From Candidatus Latescibacterota bacterium (lineage in GTDB: Bacteria > Latescibacterota > UBA2968 > UBA8231), in the NCBI GenBank assembly GCA_965208105.1, contig OZ242318.1:320001-384000 (forward strand): 64,000 nt of DNA, read 5' to 3'. Of the stretch, positions 29,126-39,154 are shown one piece after another. How positions within the stretch are numbered: the first letter of the stretch is position 1; the number at the start of each line of letters is the position of its first letter. The notes under the pieces were generated by a model, which was not told the origin of the DNA, made no database searches, and saw only the letters and a list, made by a program, of their open reading frames with translations. A program made the position numbers and the translations under genes.

Positions 29126-30406
29126 ATGGCAACGGAAGTCGTCATGCCCAAACTTGGGCTCACTATGGAAAGAGGTACCATTGGCGCCTGGCTCATCGAA
29201 GAGGGAACAGAGGTCCAGAAGGGAGAGCCTCTGTTGGAGGTGGTCACCGACAAAGTCACCATGGAGGTCGAATCCCAGGTCACGGGAGTTCTGCGCAAGA
29301 TCCTGGTGCCCGAGGGAGTGGAGGTGGATGTTTCTCTTCCCATCGGAATAATAGCGGCAGCCGATGAGGATATCAGCGAACTCCTGGCCGAAACATCTCC
29401 GGCTCCCGCTGAGGGCCAGGCAGCTTCCGGGGAGGAGAGCGGCGCTTCCCCCTCCGCTCCTTCCAGGGAAGCCGCTCCGGATTCCGGACCGGCACCTGCA
29501 ACCGCTGCTCAGCCTCCTGCATCCGCACCCGGGGATGGACGGCATCCACACAGGGCGTCGCCCAAGGCGAGGAAGATGGCGGCCGCGAAGGGGATAGATC
29601 TGAACCAGGTCGTCGGAAGCGGACCTGGTGGACGCATCGTCAGCGCCGATCTCGAGACCTACGAGGCGCAGCGACCTGCCGCAGCCGCCGCGCCACGGGT
29701 GGCCGCGCCCACGACTTTCCCGGATGCCGGGCAAGGAGCCCTGGTCGAACTCACCCGGCCTCAGCAGGTAGCCGCCGAGCGCCTGACGGAAAGTTCGCGC
29801 GACATCCCGCATATTCACATTTTCATGAACGTATCCGCGGTCTGGCTGGAGCAGTTTCGGCAGGGTTACAGGATCGATGGAAAGAAGATTTCCATAAACG
29901 ATTTAATCGTCAAGGCAACGGCCAGGGCCCTGGCCGAGTTCCCCAGGGTGAACAGCGTGCTCGAGGGGAACAAGGTTCGGCAGCTTGAAGAAATCAACGT
30001 CGGATTTGCCGTGGATTCTCCTCAGGGATTGCTCGTACCCGTGATTCGCCAGGCGGGGGCCAGGAGCATCGAGGAGATTGCAGCCGAAACCACCAGGTTG
30101 ATAGAAGCGGTCCGGTCCGGTTCATTCAATCCCGACGACCTGGGCGGCGGCACATTTACCATTTCCAACCTGGGCATGTACGGAGTATCTCATTTTACCG
30201 CCATCATCAATCCGCCGCAGGTGGCCATTCTTGCTGTGGGAGCCATCGAAAAGCGGGTAGTTGCCATGGAGAACGACGCCATGGCGGTGCGGCCTCAGCT
30301 CACCCTGGATTTGGCAGCTGACCATCGCGTGATCGACGGTGCCCTGGCCGCCCGCTTTCTGGCTCGCCTGAAGGAGATCCTGGAGACTCCGGGTCTGTTG
30401 GGCTAG
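29126..30406 (+). CDS. Dihydrolipoamide acyltransferase (E2) of a 2-oxoacid/acetoin dehydrogenase complex
   Basis: Lipoyl domain TDKV, E3-binding ASP.ARK..GSGPGGRI, catalytic DHRVIDG. Confidence 0.92.
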   Translation: MATEVVMPKLGLTMERGTIGAWLIEEGTEVQKGEPLLEVVTDKVTMEVESQVTGVLRKILVPEGVEVDVSLPIGIIAAADEDISELLAETSPAPAEGQAASGEESGASPSAPSREAAPDSGPAPATAAQPPASAPGDGRHPHRASPKARKMAAAKGIDLNQVVGSGPGGRIVSADLETYEAQRPAAAAAPRVAAPTTFPDAGQGALVELTRPQQVAAERLTESSRDIPHIHIFMNVSAVWLEQFRQGYRIDGKKISINDLIVKATARALAEFPRVNSVLEGNKVRQLEEINVGFAVDSPQGLLVPVIRQAGARSIEEIAAETTRLIEAVRSGSFNPDDLGGGTFTISNLGMYGVSHFTAIINPPQVAILAVGAIEKRVVAMENDAMAVRPQLTLDLAADHRVIDGALAARFLARLKEILETPGLLG

Positions 30407-30419
30407 TGCCCCGTCGCAG
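30403..30419. repeat. Possible remnant left end of the MITE-like repeat
   Basis: ctagtgccccgtcgcag matches the copy 2 left end at 15/17 positions and also overlaps a TAG stop. Confidence 0.4.
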
Positions 30420-30513
30420 GGCGGCAAGAGAAGCAGTCGGGCAGGCTTCATTCCGGGCTGGGAACGGGGGAACCAAAGCCCGGCCGATGGGTCTCCTGAG
30501 AAGGACGGTAAAC

Positions 30514-32418
30514 ATGAAAATCGAAAAGAAGACACAGCTGACCATAGCCTACGCCATTCTGACTCTGCTTCTCCTGCTCTCGCTGCAGAATTTCTTCCAA
30601 AATCAGATCCAGAGCGTGCCCTACAGCCAGTTCAGGTTCTGGGTTGAAGAAGGCATGATTCAGGAATGTACGATCGGGTCCGAGTGGATTCGAGGCAAGG
30701 TGGTCGATGGCGGAGAAGAACGCGGGTTCACGACCGGTAAGGTGGAGGACCCGGGCCTCGTCGCGCTGTTGGAGGAAAACCAGGTGAGGTATTCGCGGCA
30801 GGTGGAAAATACGTGGTTCACTACCCTGATGTCGTGGATTTTGCCGGCCCTGATCTTTGTCGGGATCTGGATGTTCATGGCGCGCCGCATCGGCGGTGGG
30901 TCGGGAGGGCTGATGTCGATTGGCAAGAGCAAGGCCAAGGTCTACATGGAAAAAGGGACAGGCATAACCTTTGAGGATGTGGCCGGGGTCGACGAAGCCA
31001 AGGAAGAACTCAGGGAAGTTGTTGATTTTCTCCGGACTCCCGCGCGCTTCCAGGCTCTGGGGGGCCGGATTCCCCGGGGAGTTCTGCTCGCGGGGCCACC
31101 TGGTACGGGGAAGACCCTGCTGGCAAAAGCCGTGGCCGGCGAGACGGAGGTGCCTTTCTTTTCAATCAGTGGATCGGATTTTGTTGAAATGTTCGTCGGA
31201 GTCGGGGCCGCCCGGGTGCGCGACCTCTTTGAACAGGCCAAGAAGCACGCTCCGGCGATCATCTTCATCGATGAGCTCGATGCGCTGGGAAAAGCCCGCG
31301 GGGCTGGTTCCTTCGGAGGGCACGACGAGCGCGAGCAGACCTTGAATCAGCTCCTGACCGAATTGGATGGCTTCGACACCAACGCGGGGGTTATCCTGAT
31401 GGCCTCCACCAACCGCCCGGAGATTCTCGATCCCGCCCTGTTGCGTCCTGGCCGCTTCGACCGGACAGTGGCGGTGGACCGCCCGGACGTTCGCGGCAGG
31501 GAAGCCATCCTCAAGATTCACGCTCACGAAGCCAGGCTGGATGCCGAGGTAGACCTCCACAAGCTGGCAGTGCGCACCCCCGGATTCGCTGGAGCTGATC
31601 TCGCGAACGTGATCAACGAGGCCGCCTTGTTGGCCGCCCGGCGCGACAAGGCGGCCATCACGACGGAAGAGCTTGAAGAGGCCATAGAACGCTCGGTGGC
31701 GGGACTGGAGCGCAAAAGCCGCGTATTGAGCGCGAAAGAGCGCCGCATCGTCGCCTACCACGAAGCGGGACACGCCATCGTGGGCGAAGTGTTGCCCAAG
31801 GCCAACCCGGTGCAGAAGATCTCCATTGTATCCCGCGGGGTAGCTGCGTTGGGATATACGCTCAACATGCCCGACGAAGACCGATACCTGATGACCAAGG
31901 AGGAAATACTCGACACCTTGTGCATGACTTTGGGCGGTCGGGCTGCAGAGGAGATCGTGTTCAACGAGATCTCGACCGGCGCGGTCAACGATTTGCAGCA
32001 GGCCACCCAGATGGCGGAAGGTATGGTCAAGGAATACGGCATGAGCGATAAACTGGGGCTGGTTGCCCACAGGCAGGACCGCGGCCCGCAGTATCTGGGA
32101 GTGCCCGCGGCGGAGCGCAGCTACAGCGAGGAGACCGCCCGCGAAATCGACCAGGAGGTTGCCCGGTTTATCGGCGATAGTTACGAGAGGGCCAAAAAGT
32201 TGATCGAGAACAGACGTGCCGTCCTGGAGAGAGTGGTAGAGATTCTCTTCGAGAAGGAGGTCATGGACGGCGATGAGTTGCGGACCTTGTTGGATGAAGC
32301 CGATGCCGCAAAGAGTGGGAATAGGGACAGCGATCCCGCAAAACTGTCCAAATCGGCCGGAAATGGGATGGATGGCAGCACGGTGCAGGCCGAGGACCCC
32401 GGCCAGGAATCCATTTGA
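30514..32418 (+). CDS. ftsH: ATP-dependent zinc metalloprotease FtsH
   Basis: Two TM helices, [30 protein letters not shown]. Confidence 0.97.
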   Translation: MKIEKKTQLTIAYAILTLLLLLSLQNFFQNQIQSVPYSQFRFWVEEGMIQECTIGSEWIRGKVVDGGEERGFTTGKVEDPGLVALLEENQVRYSRQVENTWFTTLMSWILPALIFVGIWMFMARRIGGGSGGLMSIGKSKAKVYMEKGTGITFEDVAGVDEAKEELREVVDFLRTPARFQALGGRIPRGVLLAGPPGTGKTLLAKAVAGETEVPFFSISGSDFVEMFVGVGAARVRDLFEQAKKHAPAIIFIDELDALGKARGAGSFGGHDEREQTLNQLLTELDGFDTNAGVILMASTNRPEILDPALLRPGRFDRTVAVDRPDVRGREAILKIHAHEARLDAEVDLHKLAVRTPGFAGADLANVINEAALLAARRDKAAITTEELEEAIERSVAGLERKSRVLSAKERRIVAYHEAGHAIVGEVLPKANPVQKISIVSRGVAALGYTLNMPDEDRYLMTKEEILDTLCMTLGGRAAEEIVFNEISTGAVNDLQQATQMAEGMVKEYGMSDKLGLVAHRQDRGPQYLGVPAAERSYSEETAREIDQEVARFIGDSYERAKKLIENRRAVLERVVEILFEKEVMDGDELRTLLDEADAAKSGNRDSDPAKLSKSAGNGMDGSTVQAEDPGQESI

Positions 32419-32784
32419 TCGAATGATGGCAGCCCCGTGAGTAATGGCGCATCCCCTGACTGCCTTGGGAAATTTGCCGACCGGCAAGACTCATCGTGAG
32501 TCCCGTGCCCCCAGGAATGCCCTGATCCAACTCATAAGGTGGACGGCAGAGTTCGGCTGAGCCGGTTTTTTTTCGAGCTCCGCGCCGGAAATCCCTGGTA
32601 TTTCTGCTTCATTCCTCCAAGTAGATGTTGCCGCGGCGGGGAACTCCTTCGTCCGCCACCTCTCAATGACAGCCCCGCAGGTAAGGACCCTGGGCCTGGG
32701 TGTGGCCTCCCCTTCGCAAATTGCGCAGGCGCGGAAGTCAGCAGCCGGACACTCCAAGGACCATTCCATTTTCCACAATAAATC

Positions 32785-34068
32785 TTGAGCGATAGGACCG
32801 GAAGCGCGCGAACGAAGTTGGAGCGGACACTGGGAGGAGGGGTTCTGGGCCCATTGCAGAACCGGGATTTCTTCCGCTTGTGGCTGGCCAACGGCCTATG
32901 GTGGCAGGGCATGTGGATGGAGTCTCTGGTTGTGGGCTGGATGGCTCTCGGCATGACCGACTCCGCATGGAAAGTCGCCTTGGTGGGCTTCTTCCGGTCT
33001 CTCCCGCTGCTCGTGTTCGGACTCTTCAGCGCTGCAATCACCGACCGTTGCAAACGGCGAACTCTCGTCGCCGTGTCACAGTTTCTCAACGCGGTGGGAA
33101 TGGGATTGCTGGCGCTGTTGTTGTATACAGGGAACCTCGAGTACTGGCACATTGCCCTCGTTGCCCTGGCCAATGGGTGCGGCTGGAGCCTGGACTGGCC
33201 CACTCGCAGGGCCCTGATCCCGGATCTGGTGGGAAAGGAAAGGGTAGTGGAGGCGATGATGCTGGAGAACTTCATGCAGAGTCTGACCCGCATCTCGGGG
33301 CCATTGGGGGCGGGGTCCTTGCTGGCGGCGATAGGCACCCAGGGTTCCCTCGTGATTCTGACCACCATGAGCTTCATAGCCACTCTTATTCTCCTCGGGC
33401 TCAGGACCGAATCGCGGTCTCCAGCCATGCCCAGGGGGGTGGTGGACTCCTTCCGCAGCCTCGTGGCCGGGTTGGGATACATTCGCCGCAGAGCCCGAAT
33501 CCTGGGGGTGCTGCTGATTACCCTCTGCATGAATCTCTGGGCCTTTCCCTACATGGTTCTTCTACCGGTCGTCGCCCGCGACGTGTTGAACCAGGGACCG
33601 CTTGGACTCGGATTGTTGGGCACCGCCCAGGGAGTGGGGACTCTCCTGGGTCTGCTGGTATTGAACCATGTCCGCAACGTTTGGAACAACGTGTGGATAT
33701 TTGCCGGTGGATCCATCCTGACGTGCTTGGGGTTGGTGGGGCTGTCACTTTCTTCGTCCCTTTACATCTCGTTCGCCATGCTCCTCGTCGCGGGGATTGG
33801 ACACATAGGATTCAGCACCATGCAAAGTGGAATCATCCTGGTCGAGGCGGCCGATGAAATGCGCAGTCGGGCCATGGGCGCCGTCGTCCTGGCCATCGGC
33901 GGAGGACCCCTGGGAGCCCTTCAGGGGGGAGCTCTGGCGGAAGCCTGGGGAGCCGCATGGGCAGTGGGGGGGATGGCTGCCATTGGAGGTTCGGCCATTC
34001 TGGCCATAGCCATGCTCCTGCCCGGTTTCCGTCCCCGTACTGCAAGGGTGCATGAGATGGACCGGTGA
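32785..34068 (+). CDS. MFS transporter (MFS_3/DHA3-like)
   Basis: 12 TM helices, RDFFRLW, DRCKRR, P.RRALIPDLV. Confidence 0.88.
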   Translation: MSDRTGSARTKLERTLGGGVLGPLQNRDFFRLWLANGLWWQGMWMESLVVGWMALGMTDSAWKVALVGFFRSLPLLVFGLFSAAITDRCKRRTLVAVSQFLNAVGMGLLALLLYTGNLEYWHIALVALANGCGWSLDWPTRRALIPDLVGKERVVEAMMLENFMQSLTRISGPLGAGSLLAAIGTQGSLVILTTMSFIATLILLGLRTESRSPAMPRGVVDSFRSLVAGLGYIRRRARILGVLLITLCMNLWAFPYMVLLPVVARDVLNQGPLGLGLLGTAQGVGTLLGLLVLNHVRNVWNNVWIFAGGSILTCLGLVGLSLSSSLYISFAMLLVAGIGHIGFSTMQSGIILVEAADEMRSRAMGAVVLAIGGGPLGALQGGALAEAWGAAWAVGGMAAIGGSAILAIAMLLPGFRPRTARVHEMDR

Positions 34069-34072
34069 GATG

Positions 34073-34101
34073 TTGACCCTGCTCCGGGCCCCAATTATAT
34101 T
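34073..34101 (+). promoter_or_regulatory. Sigma70 promoter
   Basis: TTGACC-N17-TATATT. Confidence 0.6.
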
Positions 34102-34139
34102 GCAATTCAAAATTTGCCAGGTTCGTGAAGGGAGCCTCC

Positions 34140-34904
34140 ATGCCAGGTTCAGTGATTGCGGCACAACTCTATACCGTGCGTGAATTTACCAGGACTCCGT
34201 CAGATATCGGATCAACGCTGGGGAAGTTGGGGAAGATGGGATATGAGGCCGTCCAGGTCTCCGCTCTGGGACCCATTGCTCCTGCGGACCTGAAGGAGAT
34301 TGCCGATGGGGAAGGTCTCGAAATTGCAGCCACACATGTTGGATACGATGAGATTCGCAGGAATCCCCAGAAAGTAATTGAGGACCACCAGTTGTGGGAC
34401 TGCCGGCACGTGGCCATCGGAAGTCTGCCGCAGGAGTACCAGAACGGGGAGGGCTTTGCCCTGTTTGCGCGGGAGGCGTCCGAGGCGGTGCGTCCACTGG
34501 TCGATGCCGGTCTGACCTTCAGCTACCACAATCACAGCTTCGAGCTCGAAAAGTTCGGTGAAAGGACAGGGCTTGACATCCTCTACGAAGAGAGCGATCC
34601 AGAGGTTTTTTCGGCGGAGATAGACACCTACTGGATCCAGCACGGCGGGGCAAACCCGGTCTCCTGGCTGCGCAAGCTCGAGGACCGGATGTACGTCGTT
34701 CATCTCAAGGACATGGCAATGCGGGGCAGGGAGCAGCTGTTTGCGGAGGTTGGAGAGGGGAACCTGGAATGGACGGAGATTCTGCAAATGTGCCGGAGAG
34801 CCAGGGTGGAGTGGTACATCGTCGAGCAGGACATTTGCCAGCGCGACCCTTTCGAAAGCCTGGAGATCAGCCTGCACAACCTGCAGCGAATGGGCATTCA
34901 TTGA
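34140..34904 (+). CDS. Sugar phosphate isomerase/epimerase (xylose isomerase-like TIM barrel)
   Basis: QLYTVR, YHNH..E, EIDTYW, HLKD, VEQD. Confidence 0.9.
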   Translation: MPGSVIAAQLYTVREFTRTPSDIGSTLGKLGKMGYEAVQVSALGPIAPADLKEIADGEGLEIAATHVGYDEIRRNPQKVIEDHQLWDCRHVAIGSLPQEYQNGEGFALFAREASEAVRPLVDAGLTFSYHNHSFELEKFGERTGLDILYEESDPEVFSAEIDTYWIQHGGANPVSWLRKLEDRMYVVHLKDMAMRGREQLFAEVGEGNLEWTEILQMCRRARVEWYIVEQDICQRDPFESLEISLHNLQRMGIH

Positions 34905-34997
34905 ATTTCCACACGAGGATGGCCGCCGGCCCGGGCGCCAGACTCGCCATTCCCTATCCTGTTTCACCTTGAAGGGCAAGGAGACCAGAATCCGTTC

Positions 34998-35774
34998 ATG
35001 GGCCATCTTCCGAGTTTCGAACTCAATGAAAAAGTAGTGATCGTCACCGGCGCCGGTCGTGGAATTGGCCGGACTATTGCCCTGGATGCCGTCCGTTCCG
35101 GGGCGAAATTGGCAGTTGGCAGCCGTACGGTAGCAGAGTTGGAGACTCTGGCGGCGGAAATCGGAAGAATGGGCGGAGAATGTTTCTACCGTCACCTCGA
35201 TGTGGTGGACCTGGGGTCGATCCGGGAGTTTGTCGAGGGTGTCGCGGCACACTATGGACGCCTCGACGTTATGGTGAACAATGCCGGATACAACAAATTG
35301 GCCTCCGCCCTCGACTATGACGAGGTCCTCTTCGACCAGATCGTGGACGCAAATCTGAAAAGCGTATTTTTTTGCTCTCAGGCCGCTGCCAGGCAGATGA
35401 TCGCACAGAAGGGGGCAGGGTGCATAGTGAATATCTCCTCTCAGGCAGGGGTGGTTGGCGCACCGGAGCGAGGACCGTACAGCGGCGCCAAGGGCGGGGT
35501 CAACAACCTGACCCGGACCTTGGCCGCCGAGTGGGCACACCACGGAATCAGAGTCAATGCCGTGGCCCCCACGGTGACCCGTTCGCCTCTGGCAGAGCAA
35601 GCCATGAAGGACAGCCAGGCATTTGCGGATGCCGTGAGGACCAAAAATCTCCTTAGGGGCGATCTGGCCGAGCCCGGAGAGATTTCTGCCCCGGTCATTT
35701 TCCTCGCCTCTGATGCCGCCAGCATGATCACCGGACACACCCTGGTAGTGGATGGGGGTTGGACCATAGTCTGA
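34998..35774 (+). CDS. SDR family oxidoreductase
   Basis: TGAGRGIG, NNAG, YxxxK (YSGAK), VDGG. Confidence 0.95.
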   Translation: MGHLPSFELNEKVVIVTGAGRGIGRTIALDAVRSGAKLAVGSRTVAELETLAAEIGRMGGECFYRHLDVVDLGSIREFVEGVAAHYGRLDVMVNNAGYNKLASALDYDEVLFDQIVDANLKSVFFCSQAAARQMIAQKGAGCIVNISSQAGVVGAPERGPYSGAKGGVNNLTRTLAAEWAHHGIRVNAVAPTVTRSPLAEQAMKDSQAFADAVRTKNLLRGDLAEPGEISAPVIFLASDAASMITGHTLVVDGGWTIV

Positions 35775-35979
35775 GCCAGGGGTCCGGCAGCCTTTGGTGC
35801 CTGCTCCACTGCAAACAGGATCGAGAGAGAGCCTGACCGGGTCCCCGATTGCACTGCGAACCCGGGATCCGGTTTGCCGTGAAATCACCGGAATAATATA
35901 TTCACAGGCGGATTCTGAAGGCGAATTCCTCCCTGGGCATCACCATGAGGGCTGGAATTTGCAACAATTTCCCCGTGGA

Positions 35980-36333
35980 ATGGATATTTTCTCGCGTATT
36001 TTCCAGATAGTCAGGTCCAGCCTGAATCGCGGGGAAGAAGCGCATTGGGAGCGGACTGGTTGGCCATCCGATGATGCCGGCACCGACTCGAGATTCAAGC
36101 ACAAGCGCCAGGTCGACCCACAACTCGCAGGGTACTATGCCAACCTGGAGATTCCTTACGGGTCCGATCTGGTGATGGTCCGCAGGGCCTGGAAGAGGCA
36201 GTTAAAGAAGTATCATCCGGACCTGCACGCCGAGAACCCGGAGAAGCGCCAGTTGGCCAACGAGCTTACGGTCGAGCTGACCAGGGCCTACCAGGAAATA
36301 GAACGAGCACTCACCCAAAAGGAGAAGCGCTGA
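35980..36333 (+). CDS. Small protein with C-terminal J-domain (DnaJ-like co-chaperone)
   Basis: YYANLEI...VRRAWKR.LKKYHPD...AY. Confidence 0.85.
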   Translation: MDIFSRIFQIVRSSLNRGEEAHWERTGWPSDDAGTDSRFKHKRQVDPQLAGYYANLEIPYGSDLVMVRRAWKRQLKKYHPDLHAENPEKRQLANELTVELTRAYQEIERALTQKEKR

Positions 36334-36337
36334 AGCC

Positions 36338-36736
36338 ATGTCCGATCATTTCGATCAAGTCAAGGGATATGTCCTGGAACTGGATCTGCAGATTGAGGAG
36401 GAGATCGCAGCCGAGGAGATCCTCGTCGTCAACGATCACGAGCGTGGTATCCAGAATCTGGTCATCGACTGCGAGGACGAGGTTCTCGTGCTCGAGCAAC
36501 TCATCCTCAAACTGGATCCCGCTGCCGGGGACCAGGTATGCAGGCGCATTCTGCAAATCAATCGGGAACTCGTCTACGGCGCATTCGTCCTCGACGAGGA
36601 AGGCGATACCCTGATCTACCGCAATACCCTGGCCCTGGAGAATCTCGATTTGAACGAACTCGACAGCACAATCAACGCCCTCAGTCTCGGCTTGGCTGAA
36701 AACGGAGCGGAACTCCTCGCATTCGCCCAAAAATAA
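36338..36736 (+). CDS. YbjN/CesT-like (type III chaperone fold) protein
   Basis: LQINRELVYGAFVLDE, YRNTL.LENLD.NEL; acidic, about 130 aa, precedes PspA. Confidence 0.8.
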   Translation: MSDHFDQVKGYVLELDLQIEEEIAAEEILVVNDHERGIQNLVIDCEDEVLVLEQLILKLDPAAGDQVCRRILQINRELVYGAFVLDEEGDTLIYRNTLALENLDLNELDSTINALSLGLAENGAELLAFAQK

Positions 36737-36748
36737 GGAAGGGAAACC

Positions 36749-37456
36749 ATGTCGGGTATTTTTCAACGCTTGTTCAAAACCGGGCAGGCCGAAGCTCACG
36801 CCCTGGTCGACAAATTGGAGGATCCCATCAAGATAAGCGAACAGGCGATTCGCGATTTGCGCGGGGACTTGCAGGAGAGCCTCAAGAGCCTCGCCGAAGT
36901 CAAGGGCATCGCCATCCGGATGAACAAGGAGGCAGAAGACAGCAAGCGCCTGGCCGCGGACTACGAACGCAAGGCCATGTTGCTTCTGCAAAAAGCCCAG
37001 AACGGGGAGATGGAAGCAACAGAGGCGGAACGTCTGGCGAGGGAGTCCCTCGCGCGCAAGGAGGAGGCCGCCGCGAGGGCTCTCGAGTCCTCTCAACAAG
37101 CTCAGGTGCAGGAGGAAATGGTGTCCAAGCTGCAGAGCAACACCAACGACCTCAAGTCCAAGGTTGCCTCCTATGAAAATGACCTGGTAATGCTGAAGGC
37201 TCGCGCCAAGACGGCCAACGCCACCCGCAAGATCAATCAGCGATTGTCCAAAGTCGATTCCAGAGGAACGGTGAGTCTTCTCGAACGGATGAAGGAGAAG
37301 GTGGAGGAGCAGGAAGCTCTGGGTCAGGCCTACGGAGAGATGGGCGACTCTACCGGTTCAATCGACGAAGAAATCAACAAGGCCCTGGCCGGAGGTTCGC
37401 AGGCCAAAGCCGATGATTCTCTGGCACAACTCAAAGCAAAGATGGGAATGAAGTAG
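36749..37456 (+). CDS. pspA: PspA/IM30 family (bacterial ESCRT-III) protein
   Basis: MSGIFQRLF amphipathic helix, DKLEDP.K..EQAIRD, coiled coil, LKAR, ERMKEKV, LKAKM. Confidence 0.92.
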   Translation: MSGIFQRLFKTGQAEAHALVDKLEDPIKISEQAIRDLRGDLQESLKSLAEVKGIAIRMNKEAEDSKRLAADYERKAMLLLQKAQNGEMEATEAERLARESLARKEEAAARALESSQQAQVQEEMVSKLQSNTNDLKSKVASYENDLVMLKARAKTANATRKINQRLSKVDSRGTVSLLERMKEKVEEQEALGQAYGEMGDSTGSIDEEINKALAGGSQAKADDSLAQLKAKMGMK

Positions 37457-37477
37457 GCATTCTCTCCCGGTTCCACC

Positions 37478-39154
37478 ATGCATTTGCTGACCCGCAGGCG
37501 GTTTTTACGTCTTCTGGCCGCCGGCAGTGGGGTGCCCGTCCTGCCATCCTGCCATTCGAAGGCGATCCCACCTTCCATCCTTGACATTCCGGGCAGAATC
37601 GTCAATCCCTCCCCCATCCCCGCGCATCTGATGCGCACGGAACATACCTGGGAGAATTTTCCTCGGCCTGCGGGCCCAGCTTACGATGTGGTGATCGTAG
37701 GGGGAGGCGTGTCGGGCTTGTGCGCCGCCTGGAAATTGCGAAGGGCCGGTGTAGACAGAATTCTCCTGCTGGAGCTGGAGGGAGAACTGGGCGGGACCTC
37801 CATCGCCGCTTCTAGCCGCGGCATCGCGTACCCCTGGGGAGCTCACTACATCAACATTCCGCCGGCAGAGGCCGATTGTGTCCACGAGGTCCTGCAGGAC
37901 CTGGGAATCATCGAGGGCTACGATGCGCGGGGCCTCCCCCTAATCGGTCCACAGCATTTTCTGCGCTGGCCGCACGAGCGCCTGTTCAAGGAGGAAGAGT
38001 GGAGATTGGGCCTGGATCCATTCGCCGAAGCTGACCAAGAGGCACGGGATATTCTTCAGGCCTTTGAAGACGACATGCTCCGCTGGACCCTCTACAGGGG
38101 AAAAGACGGGCGCAGAGCGTTTGCCATGCCGTTGCTGTACAGTTCGAGGGATTCTTCGGTGAGGCAGCTGGATAGAATTACCATGGCTGATTACCTGCGG
38201 TCCAGAGGCTGGAAGTCCAGGCTTCTGGACTGGTTGGTCGATTATGCCTGCCGCGACGACTACGGCAGCCTGAGCACCCAGGTTTCGGCCTGGGCGGGAA
38301 TCCATTACTTCGCCTGCCGGTTTTACGACTATCGCCTTCGCGAGGAGTACCCGGCGGACACCTTGACCTGGCCCGAAGGCAACGCCTACCTGGTGGGAGG
38401 GTTGAGCCGCCAGCTGGAGGCGGACCAGTTCCGCACAGGAGTCCTGGTGCTTCGAATTGAGCAGGAGGCGGACGGGGTGCGGTTGGGTTACGCGGACCTC
38501 GACGCCGGTACCTTTGGTTCAATCCTCGGCAAAAGCATCATCTATGCCGGCAAGTTGTACACGGCCCCCTTTGTGGTTGCGGGCCTGCCCTCCGAATCGC
38601 GCCGGGCGATGTCCTCCGCAACCTACAGCCCCTGGCTGGTCGCCGCGGTTCACCTGATGCGGCCCCTTCACGAGGCGGAGGTTGGGATGGCCTGGGACAA
38701 TATAATGTTCGACAGCCCTTCCGTGGGATACGTGGCGGCCAGCCATCAGAACCCTCGAAAACGATCCTCGACCGTACTGGTTTACTACCTGCCATTCGTG
38801 GAGGAGGTGGACAGGGCCCGCCGGGAACTGCTCCACAGGGACCAGCGCTACTGGAGCGCGCGAGTTGCGCAGGATTTGCTGGCTGCCCACCCCGACCTGG
38901 AGGAACTGATCGAGCGCATCGACATCTATCGCTGGGGACATGCCATGATGCGCCCCGGCCCGGGGTGCATCTGGGGCGAGGAGAGCCTCCTCCGTCGACG
39001 TCCGTTCGGGGGAGTTTTTTTCGCTTCCTGCGACGCCACCGGATTGCCCTTGTTCGAGGAAGCGTGCTTCGGCGGCATACGGGCTGCCGAACAGAGCATG
39101 GACCACCTCGGTCTCTCCTATGAGACATCTTTGAAGGGAATGCCCGGTGGCTGA
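37478..39154 (+). CDS. FAD-dependent amine-oxidase-like oxidoreductase with twin-arginine (lipo)signal
   Basis: TRRRFL, LPSC, VGGGVSGL, ELE...GG, WGAHY, CRDDYG, RWGHAM. Confidence 0.85.
   Translation: MHLLTRRRFLRLLAAGSGVPVLPSCHSKAIPPSILDIPGRIVNPSPIPAHLMRTEHTWENFPRPAGPAYDVVIVGGGVSGLCAAWKLRRAGVDRILLLELEGELGGTSIAASSRGIAYPWGAHYINIPPAEADCVHEVLQDLGIIEGYDARGLPLIGPQHFLRWPHERLFKEEEWRLGLDPFAEADQEARDILQAFEDDMLRWTLYRGKDGRRAFAMPLLYSSRDSSVRQLDRITMADYLRSRGWKSRLLDWLVDYACRDDYGSLSTQVSAWAGIHYFACRFYDYRLREEYPADTLTWPEGNAYLVGGLSRQLEADQFRTGVLVLRIEQEADGVRLGYADLDAGTFGSILGKSIIYAGKLYTAPFVVAGLPSESRRAMSSATYSPWLVAAVHLMRPLHEAEVGMAWDNIMFDSPSVGYVAASHQNPRKRSSTVLVYYLPFVEEVDRARRELLHRDQRYWSARVAQDLLAAHPDLEELIERIDIYRWGHAMMRPGPGCIWGEESLLRRRPFGGVFFASCDATGLPLFEEACFGGIRAAEQSMDHLGLSYETSLKGMPGG

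Noticed and set aside
32686-32760. SRP RNA-like motif CAGG-CGC-GGAA-GTC-AGCAG in the ftsH-MFS spacer
   Set aside because: The loop nucleotides match helix 8, but the CGC/GUC stem and the flanking GCG/GCC do not pair properly; not called without an Rfam hit.
35940-35980. Sigma54 promoter for the PspA operon (TGGAATTTGC)
   Set aside because: The GG-N10-GC spacing is not met and no PspF-like activator is nearby.
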